NCBI RefSeq assembly: GCF_009914755.1
Contig: NC_060939.1
Length of the DNA: 64,000 bases
Direction: 5' to 3' (one strand)
From: the human T2T-CHM13v2.0 reference genome, Homo sapiens
Below the pieces are notes generated by a model. The model was given only the letters and a program-made list of their open reading frames with translations, had not been told where the DNA came from and made no database searches. Both the position numbers and the translations under genes were made by a program. Every line of letters starts with the position of its first letter. The first letter of the stretch is position 1. Shown one piece after another: positions 25,291-44,395 of the stretch.

Positions 25291-26794
25291 AGCAGGCCCC
25301 TGTCAGCAAAGCCTGGAGAAGTGGGGCCGGAGTCTCCACCGCCACCATGTCCCTACCACCCCTTCCCAGGCACCCCTTTACAATTAGGGTAGCAGGACAA
25401 GACCTCTGTCTAATGGGGAAAGACAAACAGACCCTTTGCCACCCTGACCAGGGCTGAGTCCCTAAATTTCTGGATGATGATGATTGTTATTTAAGAGCCA
25501 GAGGCTGGTGGAGTTGGTTTGTTTGGAGGAGGCCTGATGTCCCCCTTACTCTCACCATAGCAACTTTTCCCTCAGGGGGGCTCCCTTCTTATTCAGAGAG
25601 GCAGGACAGTGGGGCTAACTGTGGACCAGGCGAGGGCACGGGCTGCTGGGGTGGCCCCCGTTCCCCGGTGTACACATTGTGTCTGTGTAAGGTTTTGTAT
25701 ATTCCAGAGGGTAGGGCCACCCCTGTGTCATACCTAGCTGAGGTTGGAGCCGGCACATGGGGAGGAGGTTGTAATAATTATTTGTGGCTGGGAAACTTAT
25801 TTATTGCTAGCATAGGACAGAGGAAGGAGGCGGGGATGGGGTCGTGGCTCCCTGGTGATGCGACTCCTGTTTATTTTGCTTTTTATTTTGGAATAAATGG
25901 ATTTAGCCATACTGCTCGGCCTGGTGTGTTTCCGTTTCCCTCACTGGGTCCTGGAGTTTGTGCCACCAAACAAGGAGTCCCAGAGTGTCTTGAGCATGTC
26001 CAGCTAGGCTGTTGGGGACCTTCCAGGCGTGTTACCTGTATGCTGCCTGGTGGCGCCTGGGGGATTCCAAGGGGACTGCCATGTAGTCTATGGGGCGCAG
26101 TCTGGCCCTGACAGCCAACAGGCTCAGAAGCCTGATCTAGCGGTGGCCGGGAAGACAGGTACCAGCACCTAAGGGCACTGACTTCCACCCAGCCCCGGCA
26201 TCTTCCGTTCTATCCCCTTGTCTCCCTCTCCTGTCTGCACCTGGTGGCCTGTTCTGTCTGTGCCTCCAGAGTGCCGGCTGCCCTGCAGGCTCCCTCTGGG
26301 CTGAGTTCATGGCCCTGCCCCCTGGTGGCCAGAGCCGGCTTCACAGGATAAGAGCCAGCTAAGCTCCAGGGGCTTTCCAGGAAAAGTGTCCCTTGGAAAG
26401 GGCATGGCCTTTTCACTGCTCCCAACAGCACCCTAGAAATGGCTTGGCCTTTCCCCTCCCCTGAGCTCCACAGAGAACACAGCCAGCAGAGGACACACTT
26501 CCCCGCCATCCAGAAGCGGGTTTGATTCTCAGCCAAGGGACAGCAGGACTGGTAGAGACTGTCAGGCCACACAGCTGCCTGCACAGCACTCCCATGCTTG
26601 GTGGGGGGGGGGGGCGGGAGGGATGGCGGGGTGTGTCTCTCCATAGGCTGGGCGTGACAGGGAGGCTCACTGAAGGTAGCGCACTTTGGAGGGGCAATGT
26701 CAGGGGTTAGCTTTCTCTTGTTTGGCCACAAGACTCCAAAAGGACAGCACGGTGACTGATTCCCAGCGCTAGAGGCGAGGCGGTTGGCCACATG

Positions 26795-26841
<47 letters not shown>

Positions 26842-27179
26842 ATATGGGTATTTGTAGATATTTCTAGAACAGGGCAGGGGCATACCACAGAGGGGGGCAC
26901 AAGTTTTCAGCAACGGTCACACCTGGATGTGTCAGCTCACCGCAACAATAGACGAAGTCACAGATGAAGGGGGCTGCCTTTGGGGCTGGGGGAGCCACTG
27001 CCAAGTCACAGAACAGCCGCCCAGGCAGGCTTGGAAAGGGAAGTCTCTGAGAAGAGGAGGAATCTGTTTAGAGGTCAAAGGGGGGCCTGGGGCTCTCAGG
27101 ATGGGATGGACTTGCCTGAGCCGATTGGCTGGCAGTTGGAGAGAAAGCAGAGAGAAGACAGGAGAGAGAAAAGCGAGCA

Positions 27180-27892
27180 TATCATCTCACACCAGTTAGA
27201 ATGGCAATCATTAAAAAGTCAGGAAACAACAGGTGCTGGAGAGGATGTGGAGAAATAGGAACACTTTTACACTGTTGGTGGGACTGTAAACTAGTTCAAC
27301 CATTGTGGAAGTCAGTGTGGCGATTCCTCAGGGATCTAGAACTAGAAATACCATTTGACCCAGCCATCCCATTACTGGGTATGTACCCAAAGGACTATAA
27401 ATCATGCTGCTATAAAGACACATGCACACGTATGTTTATTGCGGCATTATTCACAATAGCAAAGACTTGGAACCAACCCAAATGTCCAACAATGATAGAC
27501 TGGATTAAGAAAATGTGGCACATATACACCATGGAATACTATGCAGCCATAAAAAATGATGAGTTCATGTCCTTTGCAGGGACATGGATGAAATTGGAAA
27601 TCATCATTCTCAGTTAACTATCGCAAGAACAAAAAACCAAACACCGCATATTCTCACTCATAGGTGGGAATTGAACAATGAGAACACATGGACACAGGAA
27701 GGGGAACATCACACTCTGGGGACTGTTGTGGGGTGGGGGGAGGGGGGAGGGATAGCATTGGGAGATATACCCAATGCTAGATGACGATTTAGTGGGTGCA
27801 GCGCACCAGCATGGCACATGTATACATATGTAACTAACCTGCACATTGTCACATGTACCCTAAAACTTAAAGTATAATAATAATAATAAAAA
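27180..27892 (+). mobile_element. 5'-truncated young LINE-1 (L1PA2-like) with poly(A) tail and TSD
   Basis: ORF2 C-terminus ([30 protein letters not shown]...), L1 3' UTR, tail; TSD AAAAGCGAGCA at 27169-27179 and 27893-27903; 3' UTR AATGCTAGATGACGATTTAGTGGG lacks the L1HS ACA/ACG diagnostic. Confidence 0.92.
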
Positions 27893-29711
27893 AAAAGCGA
27901 GCAGAGAGCTGGTGAGGCAAGTGCAGAGCACAGGTGTGCCACAGCAGCTGTGGGAGGGCCAAGGAGTAAAGGGTGCACGTGCGGGTGTGGCAAGGTTCCT
28001 GGAAAAGAGGGGCTGGAAGGGAAAGGGGAGGAAGACAGAGGGAGGAGCCGGAGTTTCACAGGTAGTGCCTGGGGGCTGTGGCAGCCCTCCCCACCCCACA
28101 CGTGCTGGCCTCTTCCACGGCACCCAGTGCACCCACTGTTAAGACTGATGCTCAGCCCCTTTGGGCTTCCCTCTTCTCTGGTCACCGTGTCTTCCAACCC
28201 ACTTGTCCAGGGCCACCTCTCGCCTTGGGGAGCCCAAAACAACAGCCACCAGGCCTGATAGAGAAGAAACACTGCTTGAACCAGGATGATGAAGCTAAAA
28301 GGGATGGATGGGTGGAGTGATCGCCGGAGCCCCCTCTGGGGGGTCAGAAAGCCCAGGAACCCTTGAAGGGTCCCTGGGGGAGGAGAGGAGGGCATGCAGC
28401 TGGATGCCACTGGCTATAGACTTATAAGTCTAAGAGGGGAGCCTCAGCTTGTTGGGGGTTGCAGGTCGGATAGGTGAGGCTGGGCCCTTCCTGCTGGGAA
28501 AAGCAGAAGAGGGAGAGTCTATGGCAGGGGAGGTGGGTGGGCTTGTGGGGCGGAGGTCAGCTGGGCCAGCAGGCACTGTGGTCCCCTTGGCTGAATAGCA
28601 GAGGTGACCTCTAGGAGCAACACTCCAAGGTGCGTGAGCCTGCTGGCCAGCAATAGTGCTTCAGCGGGGGCCAGGGACCCTGCCTTCAGTCACACGCTAG
28701 CAGCTATGATGGTACCTGGGAGGGAGGGAAGGGGCCTGTGTTTCCTGCCTGGCCTGTGAGGTGTGTTGTGGGTTGACCGTGTGTATGGGACTCTCAAGGT
28801 TTTATCCTATCTCACCACTGCATTGCCGACAGATAGAGGAGGTGGGACTCTGACTATCACCCCTGCTCTGCAGTGGATTTGGCTCTCAGCACTCCCAGGC
28901 TGGGAGCTGGATGCCCTGCCCTGGCAGCATGACTCAGACTGCCCAACAGGTGCGGTGTGCACAGGAGGACTATCCTAGGACTCTGGCCGCCTCAGAGTAC
29001 AGCCCCACACACCACCCCCTCTAAGCTCTCAGCCCTTACACCATAAACCACGAGCTCTGTGACGGCTCCAGGGAGCACCCATGTCTACCAGCGTGGGCAC
29101 GGAGCCTGTTCCAAGAGTCCCCAGGCTCAGCCATGGGGGCTGGGGGGCTTTGGGGCCGTGGGAGCCAGCCTTGGTACCTGCATCCGGCAAGGACGCTCTG
29201 CACCTGCAGGCAGGAGTTGTCCACGGGCCCCCATGTGCGTGCTGATGGTGGTCGTGTTGATGTCGCCGATGATGCCGAGTGCCTCCTTCAGCACGTGGTA
29301 CATGCGCAGCATCTCGTCGCGCCACTGTGCCTGCTCTGCCGACTCTTCCATCAGCGTTTTCTGGTCCCCACGTGAGTACAGGTTGGACAGCAGCTCCGAG
29401 AAGATGAACTCCTTGGTCTGAGAGCGGGCAAAGAGGGAAGGAGGTTGGGACCTGATGCCTTTGCTGCCCTGGCCTCCTGCCGGGCCCTGCTGGGACTGTG
29501 TGCTGGACTTGGAGCCCTGAGTATGGCTTTTCAGACGCGGCTTCTACACCGCTTAGACTCAAAGATCTGCCTCCCCACCGCCCTTTTCTCACTCAGATAG
29601 GGACACTGAGGTCCAAAGGAAAAGTCACCTGTCCAAGGTCACACATCTGGGAGGGGACCCAGGACCTATCATGCCACCAGGACACCGGTCTACTCAGTTT
29701 CTTAAAAATGT

Positions 29712-30003
29712 TTTTTGGAGATAGGATCTTGCTCTGTCGCTAGGCTGGAGGACAGTGGGCGAGATCACCACTCACTGTAGCCTCAACTTCTTGGGCTCAA
29801 AGTGATCCTCCAATGTCAGCCTGTAGAGTAGCTAGGACTATAGGTACGTGCCACCACCAAGCCCAGCTATTTTTAAAATTTTAGTGTAGAGATCAGGTCT
29901 CACTATGTTGCCCAAGCTGGTCTCGAACTCCTGGGCTCAAGCTATCCTCTTGCCTTGGCCTCCCAAAGTGCTGGGATTACAGACATGGGCCACTGTCCCC
30001 AGT
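29712..30003 (-). mobile_element. AluJ in DNM1P intron
   Basis: Antisense Alu with CTCCTGGGCTCAAG. Confidence 0.88.
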
Positions 30004-30839
30004 CCCACGTTATATTTCTATGAGACAGCTCTGGTCTGGACTGTGCCTCCCTCCCTGGACCTTGGTCCCATAGGGCTGGTCAGCATCTCCCCCAGGCCAA
30101 CATGGCCACCTGCATCCCCAGTGCTACAGGAGCCCCCTGCCCCTATGAGGCGGTGCATGCACGTTGTTGATCATGACGTGCATGATGGTCTTGGGCATGA
30201 CACCAACCATGAGGTCCCACACGGTCTTGTTGACAATGGCCATGTAGGAGGCCACAAGGTTCTGGGTGGTTTCCATTTGCCGCTCCAGCTATGGGTCCAT
30301 GGAGTGCATGAAGCTGTCGGAGCCATTCTCCTCAGCCTTGCTGTCCTGTCATGGAGAACACAGTGGCATCAGGGTGGCCAGGCCATGCAGCCAGGCTCCA
30401 GGAATCCCTAGGATCTCAGCACCTCCAAGGGTACCTGGAACATTGAGGCACAGAGAAAAACAACTGGCGTGAACATGCACCGAGCTCCCCACACGCTCTA
30501 GACGGTTTCAGGTATCTGCCTCTCAGGACCCCAGACTCCCCTGATTCAGTCTCCTCTTAGTTCTGACTCTAGTGCCCAGAATCTGCCTCAAGTTACCAAT
30601 CCAGAAATTGGAAAAAAACATCTCCAGGTCCCCTGTTGGAGACCTGGCCAGAGCTTGTGCCAGGCTGCAGACGCCTGGCAGGGGGCAAGAAAGGGGCATA
30701 CTCACTTTCCCCTTGTCCTGGGAGGCCCATGCACCAACACTGCCACCGCCGCCGCCACCAGGGAACACGACAAAGTAGACACACACAGAGAGGAAAACGG
30801 GAAGGGTTGAGTGAACCTGGGACACTGCACCCCAACTTT

Positions 30840-31572
<733 letters not shown>

Positions 31573-31609
31573 TTGGGACAGGGACACACACACACACACA
31601 CACACAGAG

Positions 31610-32615
31610 TTGGTGGTTGTGCCGCCCAGTCGCGAGTGTGAGGAAGGGACCAGATCGGTCGGGCAGAAAGGTGCTGGGTCAAGAGAGGAGGGGGCAGCCG
31701 GTAGCGCGGGCACGCCGGGTGCGCGCGGGGCGCGCCGGGTTGAGGGGTGAGGGGTGAGGGGTAAGAGGTGAGGGGCGACGAGGACCGGGGCGGGGTAGGG
31801 GCAGCCCTTTCCCAGGCGGTAGCGGGGGCAGTGGTGCTGTTGCCCTTTTAAACTGCGGCTTGACGGGAGCCGCGCCTCCTGTCGGTGGAGTCGGTTATAA
31901 AGGGAGCAGCCCCGCAGGCCGCCACATAGCTCCCGCCAAGTCCTCGGTGCCCCTTGCCATTTTCCAGCCGCGCTCCCACGAGGGTCACGGCGGCGGGGAG
32001 AGGTGGAGCCGCGAGAGCTCGGCCGGGGGCCCCGCCTGGTGGTCGCGGCCATGACAGCGGCTCGGGACAGGCTCCTTTTCCGCGCCCCTCCCGCCGGAGG
32101 TGAGGGGAAGATGTCCATGTCCGGGTTCAAGGCCAAACCGAAGTTACTGGCCTCTATCTTCCAGGAGAACCAGGAGCCACAGCCGCGGCTCACGCCCCAC
32201 CGCAACATTAAGGTGAGTCGCCGGGTGGCGGCCTGGCGGGGCAGGGCGAGGGCGGAAAGCGGGTGCCCAGAGTCCCAGGAGAAAGGGGAAGCTGCCCCAG
32301 AGAGGCCGCGGTTCCCCGCCCCTTTCTCCCGCAACTGGCCCGCCCGGCAAGGCAGAGGCTTGGGTGGGAGAAGGCGGAGGGCGCGTCTCTCCAACTCCTA
32401 GCGCGGGGCTGGCTTGGGGGCTGCTGGCCCCTCTCGGCCCCTGTCGCTGCGCCTCGAGGTGGGAGCCCGCGGCTGCGGGAGCCCTCTTGGGACCCATGGT
32501 CGCCCTCAGTCAGCCCACCTGCTCTAGGGACCGCGACAGGGCGGGGCAGGGCGGCTCCCGCGTTGTTGGAGCCCAGGCGGGGAAGGGGAAAGGCCTTTAA
32601 GATTTTCGGTTTTTT

Positions 32616-32640
<25 letters not shown>
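31610..32640 (+). promoter_or_regulatory. CpG island promoter (UBE2Q2-derived) for the ULK4P/FAM7A cassette
   Basis: Very GC/CpG-rich ~1 kb; GC boxes; TATAAA at 31896-31901; strong donor AAG|GTGAGT at 32212/32213. Confidence 0.85.
32111..32212 (+). pseudogene. UBE2Q2P: UBE2Q2 exon-1 remnant with internal in-frame deletion (3' part of FAM7A exon D, ~31916-32212)
   Basis: MSMSGFKAKPKLLASIFQENQE-PQPRLTPHRNIK|gt aligns to the remembered UBE2Q2 N-terminus [22 protein letters not shown]...PPPLTLHCNIT. Confidence 0.82.
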
Positions 32641-33251
<611 letters not shown>

Positions 33252-33390
33252 TCTGTTTTGTTTTATACATGTAATATATTCACAAGTATCTTTACGAAGT
33301 GATTTTGATACTCTTTTGTCTTCTCCCTAGAATCTCTTTGTTCTGTAATAATTCTTTCTTAGTTTATATTGATCTTATTTTCCTTTTTAA

Positions 33391-33756
<366 letters not shown>

Positions 33757-33757
33757 T

Positions 33758-33944
33758 GATTCTATATTATAGTGAGTTGTACAATTATTTCATTATATGT
33801 TACAATGTAATAATAATAGAAATAAAATGCACAATAAATGTAATGTCCTTGAATCATCCCAAAATCATCTCCCCCAACCTTGTCTGTGGAAAAATTGTCT
33901 TCTGCAAAACTGGCTCCTGATGCCAAAAAGTTTGGGGACTGCTG
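33758..33944. mobile_element. MER1-type DNA transposon fragment
   Basis: CAATGTAATAATAATAGAAATAAAATGCACAATAAATGTAATG...CCAAAAAGTTTGGGGACTGCTG. Confidence 0.8.
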
Positions 33945-33949
33945 GCATA

Positions 33950-35500
<1,551 letters not shown>

Positions 35501-35736
35501 GAATGCAGACCTACTTTGAATTAATTCTAAGTAATTTTTATGCTACTTATTGGTTGACAAATATAATTGCTTTTAGTTTTTAACTGTAGTTTTGATGTAA
35601 TGTGAACTGTATTTGGACCTTGTGAAGCTTATTTCTGCTTTGAAATTTAGTATAAATTGGTTATAATAAAATCTGACTGTGCTAATTTTTTGGTTATGTG
35701 AAATAGAAAATCAATGTAAATTTAAAAATTTATTCT

Positions 35737-39627
<3,891 letters not shown>

Positions 39628-39912
39628 TTCTTTTTCTTTTTTAAATATCTTTTTCTGTATTAATTCATGACTGTTTTTTTCTTGTCTCATTGGGAACATT
39701 AGTGTGGTTTAGAACAATGTAAGGGTTTTTGGATTCATGTTTATTTTCTAGATAGACAGCATTTTATATAGATGATTTAGCTGTTTTTCATAATGGAGCT
39801 AATTCTTTTTGTGAGTTCATATGTCTGGCAGTGTAACTTTATTATGCTAAGTTTGATGTGCATTGGCGCATTTTCAAAATGGGCTTTCTAGAACAATTTG
39901 TGATATCTTTCC

Positions 39913-40138
39913 CAGGGGTGTCCAGTCTTTTGGCTTCCCTGGGCCACACTGGAAGAAGAATTGTCTTGGGCCACACATAAAATACACTAACAATAGCTGA
40001 TGAACTAAAAAACCAATAAAAAAAAATTGCAAAAAAATTCTTACAATGTTTTAAGAGAGTTTATGAATTTGTGTTGGGCCATATTCAAAGCCGTCTTGGG
40101 CCGCATCCAGCCCACGGGCTGCGGGTTGGACAAGCTTG
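39913..40138. mobile_element. MER30 DNA transposon
   Basis: CAGGGGTGTCCAGTCTTTTGGCTTCCCTGGGCCACAC...GGGTTGGACAAGCTTG. Confidence 0.88.
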
Positions 40139-40376
40139 CTTTACACAATATTCTGTGTTTCCTTTTTTCCTCTTATAACCATATTTGATAGTTTATGGGA
40201 AGCCTTCATCAGTGGAAATTTTTGTGTTTAACTTTTAATTCTAAACTACTTTTAGAGAAAAGATTAAAAAATAGTTGAGAACTCCTGTATAGCTTTTGCC
40301 CAGCTGCTCTTAATGTTCACATCTTATAGGTCTATAGTATAGTTAGCAAAACCTGGGAATTAACATTGGTATAGTG

Positions 40377-40511
40377 TTAGTCAGGCGGGATAATCCTTAC
40401 CTGTGCCTCCTTTTGGAGGGCAGCAGAATGTGGTAGTTGGAGTTGCATGATACTTGATTCATATCTCTGTGTAATGATGGCATGCAATACCCTGACTGCT
40501 CCTTTCGAATT
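40377..40511 (+). pseudogene. U8 snoRNA (SNORD118)-like pseudogene
   Basis: GTCAGGCGGGATAATCCTTACCTGTGCCTCCTTTTGGAGGGCAG...TTGGAGTTGCATGA...TGCAATACCCTGACTGCTCCT is colinear with full-length U8; box C (TGGTAG) and box D (TCGA) are degenerate. Confidence 0.88.
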
Positions 40512-40661
40512 CTTCCTGAAAAGGGAAAAATAAAACATGAGAATAGTGCTGCTAACTACCAAATGCATTTGAATTTTACCGGTTGCCTCTAATGTCCTCT
40601 TTTTTTTTGTTCCAGGATCCCACATTACAGTTAGTTGTTATGCCTCCTTAGTCTCATATAG

Positions 40662-41022
<361 letters not shown>

Positions 41023-44000
41023 CTTTGTATGTTTTTGTAATACATGTTATAAAACGTATGACTCAAGTCCTTGACACTTTGAAGAGTAACTGGTTGGGTG
41101 TTTTGAAGAATGTCCCTTAATTTAGGTTTGTCTAAGGGTTTCTCATGACTCGAATGAGATTATGAATTTGGATTATGAGATTAGAATGAGAATATGCATT
41201 TTAGTAAGAATACTACAGTAAATACAGTAATGCTGGTTACTTAATTAGTAAAGGTTTTAAAAATATTACATATAGAAGTTTTGCAGAAGTTAGGTATAGA
41301 AATGATGGTTGAATTTTTAATTAAAAGTCTCAAGATGCAGTATCTGGCTGTCCTAAGCTCATGGATCCAACTACATGGTTTCTTCACATTTCTCAAATAA
41401 ATTATGCACTTTCCAATTCATGCTATTATGGCTTCCTTGAATGGTGTCTTCTCTGATATAATCATAAAGTTCTAGCCATCCTTCAAGACCGCAACCCACC
41501 TTCTACCTCTTCCGTAAACCCGGTGTCAACTATATCAAGTAAAGTGCTTGCTGTATTCTCTAAACTACTATTTACAAAAAAAATTCTTTCTGTCCAGGGT
41601 TTTGTCTGTAGTTATGTCCTGCCTCTTTTGAATTGTGAAATATTTTCTTGTTTATCAAATGTTTGTCTCATCTTCCCAACCAGAAAGTCAGCTCGCTGAA
41701 AATAGGATTGTGTCTTTTATATCTTTGTATCCCCCTTAGCACTTGACATAGAGCCTTACCTTGGCAGGTAAGCAATAGATATTTGTTGAAAGACTGAATT
41801 TCTAATTAGACGTAAATTACCTAAAAAGTAAGCCAGGATGGGGTGAATTTTTTCTTTGAAGCTTTATTTTATTACAGATATCAATTGAAATGATTTTAAA
41901 AAATAAATTATTATCTATATATGTATGTTTTAATCTGAAAAGGCATCGTTCTTTTTGTTTTTGGTAACAAATTTTACACATTCTTTTTTTGTCCTCATTG
42001 ATTTATTATCTGATATAAGGGACATATAAGGAGACAGATATCCATCTTTAAAATTGCCTCAAAAGTTTTTTTTTTTTTTAACCACAGATAATGAAACAAC
42101 CACCATCGGTTAAATTTGATGCAAAAATATTGCATCTACCAGCATTTTCAGGTAGGATCATAAAGGACTTATCGAACATGTAGACTGTCTGTATACAGAT
42201 ACGAATATGAAATTTATTCACAAATGGAATATTTGTATGTGAACAACTAAATTTATTTTGTCTTGACAATTGGTTATATTCTTGGGTCAGTGTTATGTGA
42301 ATTGTAAATAATCTGTAATTCATTTGTGCCAGCTGTTGACATTTCTCAGCTGAGTCTGGGCTGCCCTGTCCTCTTGTGAGTGGGGAGGTTCCTGTAGATC
42401 TGGGCAAGTTTTCCTGTAGAGTGGGTGGGGGGCCTCCTCCCTTCCGTTCATAGAGCTGGTTGAATTTCCACCATTTATGGCAGGTGTAGGTGCACAGGGT
42501 TGGGGACAACAAGGAAGGATTGGGATTCTATTGGCGGGACCAGGACATTTGAGAACGGGACTAGGTGGTTCATGACTGTGGAGATGGTGTGGGAGTGGAG
42601 ATACTTAAGGGATAATTATTACATTTCTGTTGAGCTAATGAAAATCTTATTTACGGTGAAAGTCAGAAATTTTTACATACCTTAAACTTTTTTTTTTTTA
42701 ACAAATTATATTTTAAGCTGTTAAACTCAATTTGGGGAAAATTATTCATTGTGGCTAGAGTAGAATCTATGATTTGAAGTAAATTTAAAATATATTTAGG
42801 TTTAAATAAACCAGCTAAGGGTTTATATCAGTCAACTTAATTAGTGATAAAAACAACCAAAAAAACCTGTGTAGAAGGACGTTTTTGAAAGACCAAAGTG
42901 AAGCAAAATATTAATAGTGCTTTCAGTGCCAAGTAGGTCTATTTATGCAAACCTAGAGAATTATTATTGGGAAATACTATTTCCTTTTTCTTCTTTGAGT
43001 TACTTAGGAAATTATATTTACAATTTCTTTGTCTAAAGATTGAGATCAGCAAAAACATGTTAGCAAAAAATTTTAGGGAGTATCACATTTCCTAGATTTT
43101 GCCCTTTTTTTATAGGGATTTGGAGGTAGGAATTTCAGGTGATTTTAGCTATCATGTTATCCTCGTTATTTTTTTACAGTAATTTCATTGGAACTTTTTA
43201 ATAACTGTGTGGTTTGTGCTTTTCTCAATATCTGAGAGTTGATTTATTTATACAAAGGCTTTTTTGTCTTTTACTCCAGTTGTATTGAACTTTGCATTTT
43301 GTTATAATCTAGGTTGTGAGACAATTCTGCTTTAGACATCTGCTTGGTTTGAAAGCATAGTTTTCCATTGAAGTGTTTAAAAAGTTTCCATGGATAGATA
43401 AAGAGATGAGGAATATAGAAGGACAAATAGAAGTAGTGTCATCTTTGGAGTATTTTTGGTGTTGACAGAGTAATGTTTTCTTTGTCCTCATCTTAGCTGT
43501 CGTAACTCTGTGTTTATTTCTCATGTAATGTTTCCAGCAGTTGTTTTTCTCATCATCATACTTTTGTTATTTTCTTTCCTTGGCAATGGATAAGTTATAA
43601 TTTCTGAAAGACCAAGATTGGAATGACTTTTTGTAACAAGTGTGCTCGCAGATCGACTCCAGTGAGAAGAGCTCGGGGACCTCCTGAGCCAAGCTTAATC
43701 TCCTTTGCTGTTTGTGAGTGGTGGCTGGTCACCAGGAGGTGGCCACCAGGCTCCTCCTTTCCCCGCTGGTAGGCCTCTGTGACATGACTTATGCATTTAA
43801 ATTTATGTTTTTTATAGAGGCTCAAACAAGTGCTAAAATAGCAATTTGATTTAACTACCATGAAAAAACTGATTTATCACGATTTTAGGTTTATGCAAAT
43901 TATCCTCTGCTTAATCCTTACGTCTTAAAGTAGATAAGAGTAGACGGTGATTTTGAACTTTTTGTTGTTGTTGTTGTTTGTAATACTCAGGTTTCCATTT

Positions 44001-44040
44001 TATGTTAACTTGTAAGATTTTTAAAAAATATGTGAAATCA

Positions 44041-44395
<355 letters not shown>

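Larger units (their letters stand above)
25780..30717 (-). pseudogene. DNM1P: Unprocessed dynamin-1 pseudogene fragment (3' part): microexon 30717-30706, exon 30345-30163, exon 29417-29178, last exon 27128 to ~25780
   Basis: Minus-strand translations: DKGK; [60 protein letters not shown]; [62 protein letters not shown] (frameshift); [19 protein letters not shown] (stop 27068-27070). These are the DNM1 GED and C-terminus; splice sites are canonical. Confidence 0.93.

Noticed and set aside
27201-27617. 138-aa ORF
   Set aside because: C-terminal fragment of L1 ORF2 in a truncated element, not a gene
27709-28410. 233-aa minus-strand ORF
   Set aside because: DNM1P intron read into antisense L1; low complexity, no homology
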